From: Klebsormidium nitens
Lineage: Eukaryota > Plantae > Klebsormidiophyceae
Reading direction: 5' to 3'
Assembly (NCBI GenBank): GCA_000708835.1
Contig: DF237134.1
Location: 62,001-126,000 of the forward strand
Length of the DNA stretch: 64,000 nt
Shown here: positions 1 to 12,200 of the stretch, piece by piece
Layout of the letters: each line of letters begins with the position of its first letter
Numbering within the stretch: position 1 is the first letter of the stretch
The notes under the pieces: generated by a model
Database searches by the model: none
The model's input: only the letters and a program-made list of their open reading frames with translations
What the model was told of the DNA's origin: nothing
Made by a program: the position numbers and the translations under genes

Positions 1-262
1 GATTAGCCCTCGGAGGGGTGCCGCCAAACACCTATGGAAGTGTTTCCGCTTATGAAGCAACGAATCTGTTCCCACGAAGCTGTGGATTGCTGACGAAATG
101 AAGTACCTTCGTGAGGTCCATCTGAGTCAAAATCAAGGACCTGCTTACCGAACACTGAGGGGCTATAAGCATCTCCATGAGGTGCACGGGACACTGAATG
201 TCGGTCGGGTTGCATGCATGCGCCCAACTTCACTAATGGAATTCCTCGACTGCGCCCGGGGC

Positions 263-3200
263 TTACCACCGGTTGACGAGCTGGTCCTTGGACGCGATGA
301 CGTCCTCTGCCTCGCGCGCGAAACGCTCGTACAGCGCAACGGCGTCGTCCAACTTGATCGTCAGCGACCGGACCTGAGGGGAAACGGAGCGTATCACTTC
401 AGACGCGTAAAAGAAACGAGAACATCGCCTCTTTGCTCGTCACGACCAAAGTCACAGAAGTGGTCTGGTGCTTCATAGCCTCGTTAAGGCATGGTCATCA
501 GCGAACGGACCTGAGAACGATGGATTTTACCCTCTGGGACACAAACGAAAGGAGGCAGAGCAGCGCTTGAAGTCCCCCGCAAAAGCAGAGCCATGCGCCC
601 TCTCCGCTTTTAGCAAGGGCTCAAAAGAACTGGCTCGAAAAGGTGCTCTGATCCCGATGCTGCTGGGTCGATGCTCTGCCACTACATACCATCAGTATCA
701 ATGAGGAATTCGACCTTAGCATCAATAAGGATAACCTGTTATCTGCTTGTGTTAAGGGTTTTGGGATTTGGAGGTTTTTGCTTCTTTGTTCAGTTGCGAA
801 AGGGCCGCACCTGGGTCTCCTTCTCAAGCCGAACTGCCTGTACTTCGTCCCGGGCTCTCTTCTCCACCTTGGCTTGGCCCTTGCTGAGTGCCCGGTTCGT
901 TCTCTCGAGCTCGTCCACCGTCATCTCCAGCTGCTGCAGCACGCCTAGCTTCTCGTCCAGCTCGCCCTCTACACGCTGCATCGCGGGTTGTGCGCAGGTT
1001 TGAGCACTTTAAAGCCCGTTGGAGGGAGTCTTAGACGAATGATTTACACATGAATGAGGTTTGTAACCGAATCAGCTTCGGCCTTCGAGCAGGTTTAGGA
1101 TGTGCTTGGTGCATATTGAGTCCGGATACAAAATGTGTGACAAGTGTCGAACAGAGGGGATGGACAGCGATCTCGTAGTCGGCGGCTGATTCCTCAAAAC
1201 AGGATAGAAATTGAACAAGAACTCTATTTGTGCGATCAGTTACTGTCAAACGTCTTTCTCAGTGCCGCACAGCCAGGTGTCAACTGTAGCTGAGGTCGCG
1301 CGCCGTGCGGCATCCCTCGCACGCTCTCACCTGCAGCTGCCGCCCCAGGTCGGCCGCCTGCGCGAGCAGCGCGCTGCGCTCGCGCTCCCAGTCGTTCATG
1401 CTGCGCTGCGCCGCGCTCGAGAGGCTCGCCACCTTCTCGAGCGCCTCGTCGCGGCCGGCCTCCGCCTCCTCCGCCCGCGCGGTCGCGGCCGCCAGCTGCA
1501 AATATGGTGCCGAGGGAAAATTATGAACGACATTCGAGAAAGACGACCAAATAGAAGGAGGCACGAAGTGGCCGCTATGTCCTGAATGTTGTCACAAGAA
1601 GGAACTTTTTCCTTCGTCCGAAAATCCGAGATTTTAATCCTGTCCGGACAAACGAGTTGGTCTGCGGGAACGTATGCGACCGCCGCGCCTTTGCTGCCTA
1701 TACAGCTGAGCACCTTCTTGATCAGCACTGAAGAAAGAATACGTCAGCAAGTCGTTTTCGCTCTCGCACATGCAGCTGCGAATTGAATGTAACCGCATGC
1801 TTTGCAGCTGATTCGTACTCCCACAGTCACTCTCAATCTTAAACTCTTCCAATATTCTTGCAACAAACTGCCGTCGGCTGACGTCGTCACCCCTCACCTG
1901 CGCCGCGTGCTTGCTGACGTCCTCGACGCGCCCCGGCACGAGGTGCACCGCGCGCGCCTTGAGCTGCTCCATCTCCGCGGCCGCGCTGCGCTTGTCGCGC
2001 AGCGCCCTGTCCAGCGTCGCGTGCAGGTCCGCGCACTCGGCCGCGGCCGCGCGCGCCTCCGACTGCGCCGCTGACAGGGCCTGGGCGGCGCGCGCGGCAT
2101 GGCTGCAAGGTCACGAGGCAAAAGGTTTTACCTCGATAGTTATCGAGGCTTGAATGTGGGGCAGACTCGAACGACAGAAAGTCGTTGGGCTCTTATCCTA
2201 GGAAACTGGATAAAAATCTTGCTTGACAACAAACCATTGCCATAGAACGAGAACCTTAACTTCCAAAAACCTGAAGTGTGGTTGAGGAATCTTTCTTGAA
2301 GAGACCCACCGGTTGACTGGCACGCGTCAACTGCCCGGGGTCTTTCCTCGTAAGTTCGCAGAAGGGGATTGTGGGGCCCCTAAAGAAAGGTGCCCAGTCT
2401 AGTTCCGATGCTCGGCCCGCCAGAAATCGCCCAGCATTTTGGCTACAGTCACGAGATTCGCGGTCAGCGTGTGAGCGGAAACTTATGTAGCCATTTTCCC
2501 CACGAGGACTTGAAGGACTTGAATAATGAAACGCATAAGCTAACTCCGGCCTCGCGCGCCGCTCACCTGGCCAGGTCCGCCTCCCGTTTGTTCGAGAGCT
2601 CGGTTCGCTGCGCTTCTAACCGCTGGGTTAGACTAATCACCGCCTCCTCCGCTCGGGCCAGCTTGGCCTCCCCTCGCGTCCGCTCGCTGCGCGCCTCCTC
2701 GGCCTGGCCACACCGGAGCGCTCGTGGGTCAGCGAGAGCATTGAACAGAATGCTGGCAAGATCAAGAAGTTTTTCAAAGGTCGTTTATGCGGGGTTTCGT
2801 TGAGCTTCGGGCACAACTACAGACCACAGCCCGTGCGGTTATATCTAGATTGTTCTGGTAGGGCACCGTTCTGGGTCCTATGTTTCAATCTGTGCGGCTC
2901 AGAAGGCACAGCCATTATGAGTGATCGGGTCCGGAATTTCATTTGCGCACTATGCTTGAACTTTACTGTAGCCCATATAGTAGCTCAAGCTTCATATGTT
3001 GCATGCCATACCCTCACAACAACAGCTCCATCAGCAGTATCCCTTGATACATCTATGTTTTCGTCGACAACGAGATCTCATCCGCATGCACAAACTTGTG
3101 ACTTTTCAAACGGCACCGATGTCCAGCACCGCGAGTTCTTGCACCCCTCACCTCGTCCCTTGCCTTCTTCACGTTCTGGAACGCCGTCTCGTCCTTCAGC

Positions 3201-6200
3201 TTATACTCCTTCAGTCGCACCTCCAGCGCTGCGGCCGCGCGCCGCGCCTCGTCCGCCTCGCGCCGCGTCGCCGCGAGCTCGCGCTCGCTGCTCGCGCACC
3301 TCTCTCGCCACGCGTCGACGTCGCGGCTGGCGGCCGCGAGCGCATCGGCGGCGATGCGCGCGCGCTCCTGGGCGGTCGTGGTTTGCGCTTCGAGAGCGGA
3401 GACGTCAGCGTGGAAGCGGGCTTGCGCAACTTCGAGCCGTCTGAGATCAAGAAAGCAAAAAATGTTCTATTATAACCTATGCTTGTTACAACGAGGTTCC
3501 TTAGTTGTAGGCTGGGGTACGAAGAAGAGTTGCTAAGTGAAAGGCTTCCTTTGTCGCAAGCTGTTGTACACACAGATGTTAGTGTTCCGCGAGTCCGCTC
3601 TGACGACCGACACTTACCAACGGGAGCACAGCAGGCCAACTCTAACACAGTACAATCGGCTTTTTAAAAGCAGAACTTGAGTTGAAACCAGCCGTTCTTT
3701 GTTTCAGAGGACAGAACTGCGTGGCGAATTGGTTTCTTCCTTGGGTGGCAGAGGATTCGTCCTTGCTTTCAGGGCTTAGCTCAGCATTGTTGCTTATTTC
3801 AACTTTGTTCAGACAAGCCCGTAGTGTTTCAGCCGTAACATGGATTTCGGCTTCCGCAATTTGCCACGTCCTGCACCGCCTCAAGCAACAGCCATTGTAT
3901 CGCTTCCTCGTTTTTGACAGCCTCGACATGTCAAGAACCTAACGAGTTTTCTTGGAAAGCCACTATGAAAGGAAATAAGAAGAAAGCTTGACCAAAATCA
4001 CTCATTCCTGAAACCACCCCCACCTATCTGCCCGTTAATTTATTTCCAATTATGCCCCTCCCAACGAAAAACAGTATTTCTCCTTGAAATTCCAAATCCC
4101 AACACCAAACAATCCCAAAGACCCGGAACCTGGTAACCAGAACTCTCGACGTAAATCTCGCTTTCATGAAGGTAAGCGCCAAGAAGGGTAACAACAACAC
4201 TCAAAACTTAAACCCAAAATCAACACGCTCGGCAACCGTACCCACCCTAACCCGCTAGCCAACCCCACCCGTCCCATTGCCCTTCAAGGCGCTTACCCTT
4301 CACGATATCGACCGGAATCTGGTGAGCCCGACAGTCGAGATTCTTCTACAGCACAAACTGGGAGCTTAAAGTGGGCGTAGGGCTCGCAAGCTCATCTGCA
4401 TCATGGACGGTGTTTGCAGCTGGGTTGAATTTATCGGACGGTTCACAGATAGCCTCTTCAACTCGCCCTCAGGACTCAGTCTCACTAGCGTGGTTACGAT
4501 ATACGACGCCCACTTTAAGCAGATTCCCACCTTCGGCAGTCTGCCGCGGTCTCCTCGGCGGCGCCTTTCTCGGCCTTGAGCCGCGCCACCTGTTCGATCA
4601 CCGCGTCGTACCCTTCCGCCAGCTGGCGCAGCTCCTCCTGCCGGCTGCCGCGCTCTTTTGCGCCCCGCTCTAGTTCCTCTGCGGCGCTCTGTGAGCGCTC
4701 GAGCAACTGCGCGACCTCGCGCTGCAGCCGGTTGTCTGGAGGAGAGAAAGAGCGTTAAGAATAGGTTAGGCAATGGCGTGACAAAGGCGCTGTTGAAACT
4801 GGCTTAGGGAAAAGCTGGTTCAGGTTGGGTTGCGGAAGGGCACCTTATCAGGCTCGGGTAAGGTGGCAGTTGGAGCGGTTGAATAGTCCACGAATGCTAG
4901 GAGGTAAAATCGGCTACAAAAATCCCGTTTCTGTCACGAACTGCAAAAAGCGCTCCGGAGCGGCTTTCTGAACAACCTGGTAGGCTTCGAAAACGTAAGC
5001 AAAGCCGCAGAATATGAGAGACGGGCTCGAGAGTGTGAGGAAAAATGCATCAAGTGGGACTCCATGGGGCGTTCTGCGAAGAGATTTTGGCAGCCCACGA
5101 TGTACGTTGGCAAACATTCAATAGGTCCGAAAAAAACCTTTCACCCAGTTCTAGGCGACGCGAACAACGGCAAACCTTGAATCAGTTCAAACCCAAGCTT
5201 TGACCATTCTAGGCCACACGATAAGACTGCGCAGAAATCGTCACTGAGGGCGCAGGTCCCGGTAGCTTACTCTCCGCAGTGGTGGTCGTGAGCTGCCCCT
5301 GAGCGCGAGAAAGTTCCGCCTCTAGTTCCCGCTGCTGATCCACCAGCAGGTCGTTCTCGCGCGACAGCAGCTCCAGTCGGGCCATTGCGTCGGAGTCGCT
5401 GCTCGGAAAGGTAGGCACGGGTTAGGCTAAGGAAGAACTAGGTCGGGGGGGAAGTTTTTCGAGAGCGGGCGTCTGAAGTCACCGTCGAAGTGAAGCATGC
5501 AACGGCTAGTTCAGAAGGAACAAGCTTCCTTTGGATATCTGGCCAGAAAAGTTTTGGTCATTGGCCTGAGCATAGAACAGTCTCTGGCGGACAAGAAAGA
5601 GTCTATCATTCTCCAGTAACAAAACGTTGGACCCATGCAATAGGCTGTTTGTCTGCTTGAAACAACTCGTGGTCCCCACGTAAGCGAACGACGGGATGCT
5701 TCCAGAGGCATACAATCAGCATCTAGTCCCTGCCTTACTCATCAATGACACAATTGATGAATTTAGTTTTTTCTTTTCTTCGTTCTTTTCTTTTCCCTCT
5801 TGTAAAGCCGCTGGGGCTGGTCCGTCAGCCCAGAGTCTTCGAGCTGGACTTTGAGGTTTCGTGGTGAAACTGAAAAAGCTGAAACCTGAAATGCATCAAC
5901 TGCCGCAGGGTAATCACGCTGAACCGATCAAGTTCCGCACAAGGATCTCAAGAGCTTCCGAGAGGCGGAGAGTTTTGCTCGACGTGGCCCATATTGCTTC
6001 CGTGCTGCAAACAATGGCAAGAATAACCTTCTGGAAGCATGCCCGAACAAGTTTCCAAAAGCCTCTTAACAAAGCCCCGGTCTTAAAATGCTTCTGGATA
6101 CACATTACAACCACACCACGTCCTCTGAGCTCGATCTTCAAAAGCTCAACCAATCATTACCTGCCAGGTGGCGCTCCCTCGGCCTCCCTGCTCTGGATGA

Positions 6201-8147
6201 CGTGCATACAGCGCTGCACTTCGGACAGCAGGTGCTCGTTTTCGGACACAAGCGCGTCCACCTGTACGGACAGCTCCTCGGCCCGGGCCTGCGGACAAGC
6301 AATGACACTTTCATATTACAGCTGTTTTCAATCAACCTGGCGATCTAGATAGAGAGGGAAGCTTAGAAAGTTAGAAAAGTTAGTTGTTGCTATAATGTCG
6401 CAGACGGGACTACTAGTCTATCCATCTACCTTTTGAACTTTCCCTCTCCTATCTGCATTGGCAGGTTGCGTCAAAGCGCTGTTGTAACCAAAAGGAATAG
6501 CCCTTGGGACGGGTAGGGTTGCTTTGGGGGTTTTTGGTGGTACGCTTGTGGAGCAGGTAACCCTTACAGGTTAGGATTCTAGTGTTTGGTTTTTGAGCTT
6601 ACTAGTCCTAAGGCTTACAATCCTAAAGTGTCGCGACATCCCCCAGACATGCTATGACAACAGACAAGACTTTGGTAGCCGGACAGTGGTGCAGGCGAAT
6701 GGCTAGTCACGTCGTCCACAAAGGATTTAGCTATCAAGAGATTTGAAGTGAAGATGTTGTATCTCGACATCAAGTGCCCCTTATACTCCTCCTACTCCCT
6801 CGGTCGTTGCTGAGGCTGCAGACCATGAACATTGCTTACCACGAAAGCAGGAGTGTTTGACAGAGGGGGAAAACGTGGTTGGACACAAACGATAAGGGAG
6901 CAAAGTTTGGGTCTCCTGATGTCCATCATAAAAAGTGGTTGGAAGTGTTAAACATGGTCAATGGACACAAAGCGCCTCATCTTGTTTGGTGCAAATAAGT
7001 CCCAAGACAGGACTCACTCAACAATCCACTCTCTGTCCTGCCTCCAGACTTTCAACAATTGCAGCTCACAGTGCCTTTCCTTTCCCAGCCACCGGGAAAG
7101 AAACTACACATTGCCCCGTACAGTTTCCTTCCGCAAGGTTTGCTGTCAAAAGCAGCCCCTAGCAACTCACCGTCCGCTCCTCAATCACCTCTTCCTGGTC
7201 CCTCAACCGCCGATCATATGCCACCATCAAGGGAGTGACTGCATCACTGTCGGCCAGCGACTGTGGCTGTGGACGGGGCCACCCTCCCGGGGGGCTGGCC
7301 AGAGGGCTGCGCCCCAGCCCCAGGGATCCCCCTGGAGAGGCGGCCTGGTATTGCGCCAGCTCTGCATTTAACCGTTGTACTGCAGAAGATTGGGCATCGA
7401 GTGCGTTATAAATCTGGTAGGTTGTGATGGGTATTGCGACCAAAGGCTTTCTGATGCCTTAAATGCGGACAAGTCAGAGGGCCGACAGGTGGCTGCCAGC
7501 ATATGGCACGTCATTATCCACACTGCTCCTGTCAGCTGTCCAAAGAGCAGGGACTTTTTGTTGGCTTCATTGATCGCCCCTACTGCACATCGTCCTGCTG
7601 TATTGGAGTGTTCGAATCAGGCTGGGTCGACCTGCACTATGCTTTGATGCACACCTCATCCATCCAGGTCAGAATCTGGGTGCAATAAGCTCTTCATCTC
7701 ACCACCTCGCAGGCATGCCACCGCAGGCATGCCACCTCATCGTTTGGCAGCTGATTGTGATGATGACAGCAGCATTGGTCACAATGTCTTCAGCAAAGCC
7801 TGTTTGAGTCAGCAATTCACAATGCGGCATCTCTTTGCGTTCCTGCATGAAGGTAGCTCTAACCTCAGTACATCAAACCCGCCAAACTCACCAACTCTCC
7901 CTCTCAGCGTGAATCACGACCTGACTCCGGTTCAGCACTTACCTTGATCCTCCAGGAACCGCATCTGCTGCAACAGCGCATCAATTTGCTCGCCCTGCGC
8001 TTCTTGCGTCTCTGAAAGGACTGAGCTCAGCAGCTGTCGCTCTGACTGCCGGCGGCTGGGGGGCACCCCAATGTCGCTTTCCACCAGGACCACCGAGCGC
8101 GGGGGGGAGGGCTTGTGGGCTGGGGCGTCCTCTGAGGAGCCCGCCAT
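263..8147 (-). CDS. SCLT1/CEP89-like centriolar (distal-appendage-type) coiled-coil protein, ~648 aa, 11 exons
   Basis: Exons 7943-8147, 7171-7379, 6161-6288, 5271-5398, 4531-4735, 3152-3440, 2567-2703, 1898-2102, 1331-1495, 811-975, 263-373 join with GT-AG sites and matching phases into one 1947-nt frame. The protein is heptad-rich throughout. N-terminal VTPLMVAYDRRL...QVDALVSENEHLLSEV...LELLSRENDLL resembles, from memory, the PL(L/V)xxY...ENExLxxEL segment of SCLT1/CEP89. The final TAA overlaps a possible GTAAG donor, so the 3' end could differ. Confidence 0.75.
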
Positions 8148-9271
8148 CTTGCCAGCAGAAAGGGTCAACTGTGGCCTGACTCGGTGCTCTTTGAACCAGC
8201 TGAACGTGCACAGCTTAAAGTTCAAGCGTTGGAAATCGGACTTTGGTCTATGCGGAGAACTACCGTTAAAGAGGTCTTGGTAGCGTACCTGGTAGCCCTA
8301 TAAGATGGTACCTATAGGTAACTCTGAGCTGATCAATCCGCAAATGAGGTGGCCTTCAGCTAAGCGAGCTCGTTACTGTGCATCGAGACCGTCCAAATCG
8401 TTTCATCTTTTGATCGGACGGCATAACGCTCCCATTTTACGCTCGCGCGCAAAGCATAAATTTCCGGCCGGTGGCAACTACAAGGTCTGCCGCGCGAGGA
8501 ATCATCATCCTTGGACCATCATCGCAGCTGGTCAAAAGCTTGTTCAACTCACTGCGCGTATCGAAGCTAATTCACCTATACAGCTTAGTGTGACTCCACG
8601 CGATTGATCAGATGGAAGCAGCTTGTGCTCATCCATGGCGAGTTATAAGCCCGCTCCTTTGAGTCGAGCTATTCAGCTATTGGTTGCACCTTCAAGACAT
8701 ATAGCTGCGCACGCATGCATGGTTTCCGCATGCAACGTTGATGCCAACAAAGTCTAGCTTCGAAATAGCCTATGCACCTTATGTTGCATCAACTTTTTGG
8801 CCCGTGATAATCTTGAGCAGTTGCAATGAAACGTGCATAATTGCATGTGCACGACAAGTCTTGTGTGGCATATCATCTGTGGAAGCCTAGCGAGGAACTT
8901 GGAAGCATCAAATGCACCCTCACCATCACTGAGTCACGTTTCACCGTCAGAAGCAATATTAACTCAAGAGCGAGACTGTCGTTCTGGTGGTTTGTTTGGA
9001 AGCAGCTCTTGTAGGGAAGTGTAATTTTCATTCACAACTGCTAAGCTGTTGTGTCAAGTTATAGTAACTCCTTTCCGGCTTGTGTTCATGTTTCTCACCA
9101 CGTTTGTTCCAGGATATGCAAGATTGACTAGCCTCAACATGATCATTATCTACAGGATGCACCTTTCCGTCTTTCTATACAGGTTGGGCGTCTCATGAAG
9201 CCACCGTCGGCTCGTAGCTCTTTCAAAAGTTCGTAACCTCGTAAAGTTACTCAAGCACCAGTAACGTAGGG

Positions 9272-12200
9272 CTAAAAGGCAGCCGTGTCGTACGACTTAA
9301 TGCCACTGTCCATCCTCGTGAAGACGGGTCCATTGGCCCCGGAAGAGGGTGGCGTTTTTGACACTCTGGGGCTCTCGAACAGGGAAGCGTAGTAGGTGGA
9401 CGTTGGCGGTACTGCAGCACAGGGGCGTTAACGTCAGTAGTTTGTTCTCGGCAGCCAAATATTGAGGTTAACTGTTAACATCTTTCTAAGCAGGGTTTGG
9501 CAAAGCTGCGGCCAGTCGGGTGCCCCCAGATCGTGCTTCGGACGAAATGACGGTTGAGTGCGCTTGCAAAGCTGACGGGAGTGAGGAATGAGCATGCATG
9601 TTGGACTGGCCTAAGCTACAGTATCCTTCTCGACTCAAACGTGAACATACAGTATCCTTGCAGAACAAGAAAACTCACCTTACATTTACCTTGATCAAGA
9701 GCATGACAGCATATGGCAAAATCGCAGGAGCTTCCATATGTACAACACAACTGACGAGTAGCTTCCTAGCACCTCGAACGGCAGCATTTGGCAAAGAACT
9801 CTCATCCCTGTAGTGAGCAACTTCTTCTCTCAAGCAACGCAGCCACCAGGAGCGCATAACTTCGATTGAAAGGTACCACATTCGACGAGCGTGCTAGTGT
9901 TTCGAGCAACAAACCAACGGCACAAGCGCGGATAGCGTACCCTTGAGATTCGGCAGGTTATGGCCGTTCGCCTCTCCGCTGCGGAGCGACGCGCGCGTGG
10001 GGGTACCGAACGCGACCGCGTTATCCATCAGGGCCTTCACCGGCTCCAGCCCGTACGGGTCGTTCTTCTCAATCACGGTCAAAACCGTGCCGCCGCCTGT
10101 GAACAAGTAGTACCTGGCAGAGGTATCGGATGGCATGTGAAAACGCAATCAGCCAACCGGAGCTGAAACGCCGTTGCAGGGGCTGCTGTGCTAAGGAAGC
10201 AAAGCGTCGAAGTTAAGTGTTCGACTCTTTTTTTCAGATACCCGGTTTGAGGTTTGTGCGAATGCTTCGAGTCTGTACCGAAGCACGGAAACCAACACAC
10301 AATAGTCGAAGAGCGGTTGTTCGAAGCAATGACGGGAAAGGGAAAGGGTACGGTGAACGAAACTACGGAGTGCGCATGGTCGTATAAGTTCAGAGACTTC
10401 ACCAGGTTCGCGTAAGCATCTGAGAATCTCCATGCAAGCGCCTTTCAAGATCAGGCAGGACGCTGGCAAACTTCGTATGATACCTGGCATTCCTCCTGTC
10501 TCTCGGCGCCGGTCAACCCAAAACCGCACATGCCGCAGAAACACTGCTCCGCAAAAAGCTCGGCTAGGCTGCAAATGTTGCCGCCAAGCGACAGAGGAAC
10601 AAATCGCTCTGGGCGAACAGGTGTGACGTCAGCATCGCAATTCTAAGCTGCGGCGGTGCTCACTTTGAATTGTCGATCGCGGCATGGTACAGACCGGGGT
10701 TGAGCGACTTCAGCTCTTGCAAAGTGTCACCACCGCCTGCAGGAAGAGAGACCACGTTTTCATTTGTCCTTTTTCTTACGTAAAGCAACTCGGCCTTTTT
10801 GTCTTGCGTTGAGACCTTTGAGTCCAGGCCTCTCCGATCCGAGGAAGGTACGGACCGCATCCGGAGCAACAGCGCTATTCGAACACACGAACTGTGACCA
10901 AACGACCCACTTCTCAAGATCCAAAAGAGGACTCCTTATAGGGGCCTTCCAACTTTCTAGGACGAAACATAAGCCTCGACAGGACCTGCAAACTTTGTGT
11001 GGGACAAGAGGGAAAACGAACAAGGCAGTGCAAACAACACTGGGCACGTGTCAGATCTCCGACCTGCTCAAAAGCCGCGACGTCCAAATTCAGAATGCCG
11101 CACGCATCTGAGCCTCACCGTAGTACTTTTGCGCGCCCGTGTTGCTGTCGATGACTTCGTCCATCTTCTTGGTGCCCTCGAAGAAGAAGGGCGTGAATCC
11201 CATGACCGCGTTCACGAAGATGGTCTTGGCCTCCGACAGCGCGCGCGCCACCTCCGGCACCTCGAACGACTTGGGGTCCGTGTCCAGGATGTAGCCTGCG
11301 GGGTGTGTCTATAAATTTCCGGTCAAGAACTTCCGTATTCGTTACGACTAGCTTCTTCTTCAGGGTCGTCCTTGAATCGACTTTCGAGTCCCTCTCCAGA
11401 GAGTCATAAAACATGTGTGAAGTACTAGTAGTGACACTTGTTTGCGGAACACCCTTCAATAAGTGCGGCCAGCATTTGGATACCTTCTACGACAAACAAA
11501 TTCGATGCTCAATTGGAGTAGGCTTCTTTAGGGCCTACCTCTTTCGAAGAGGTTCCCTTGAAAAAGAATCAGCTCGCCATCAAGATAGTCGGCGGCTTAC
11601 CGTACGAGTGGCCGGGCTTGAAGTCGGCGGTGCTGATGGTGCGGTACTGGCCCTCCTTGCGGCCGTCCAGCGTGTCCGACTCGACCAGGTACGGCAGCTC
11701 CACCAGCTTCTTGGCCTGCCAATCAACAGCCGCCACGTCAGACCCTGAAACCGCGCTAATGATTTGAGGACGCGAGCTCCTTCAGAAGCCTCTGCGCGCA
11801 CTGATGCAGGGTCCTCTTGCCTCAGAGAGACTGTGAGATTCTGGAACCTTCGTTCATTACTTTTGTAGGCTGGTCGGAGCAGCACGAGGAACGAGGAAGC
11901 AGAATCGCAGCCCGTGAAGCGAGAGAACGAGCTCATATTTTTGAAAGAAGTGGACCTCGGGTTGTCACCTCAGACAGGTCCCACCCTACCCCGCGAAGTG
12001 CAAAAAGAGCGACGAACTTAGGAGGTACAAAGGAATGACAAAGATCCCAACAGAAAGCCACGAGTGCTCAACCGATTGAGCAGAGCAATCAAAGTCAACG
12101 AGAACGACAAAAATCCTCAATCTCAGCCCGGCACAGCAACGCGGAAGAGCGCGCGCGCACCTGCTCGTGCCATTTGACGAGGCCCTTGGCCAGGTGCACG

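Noticed and set aside
98-478. 126-aa plus-strand ORF and many similar Ala/Arg/Ser-rich ORFs in the track (e.g. 2800-3444, 12167-12709, 24112-24480, 34849-35712)
   Set aside because: They are antisense or off-frame shadows of GC-rich exons already explained by the spliced models, with no family motifs.
3950-4300. A/C-rich low-complexity intronic stretch; also cccaaaacccgaaaaccc at ~29600-29640
   Set aside because: No stable repeat unit, ORF or terminal repeats; consistent with intron strand bias.
8309-8320. 12-bp perfect palindrome TACCTATAGGTA upstream of the SCLT1-like start
   Set aside because: Several palindromes of this length are expected by chance in 64 kb, and there is no second copy.
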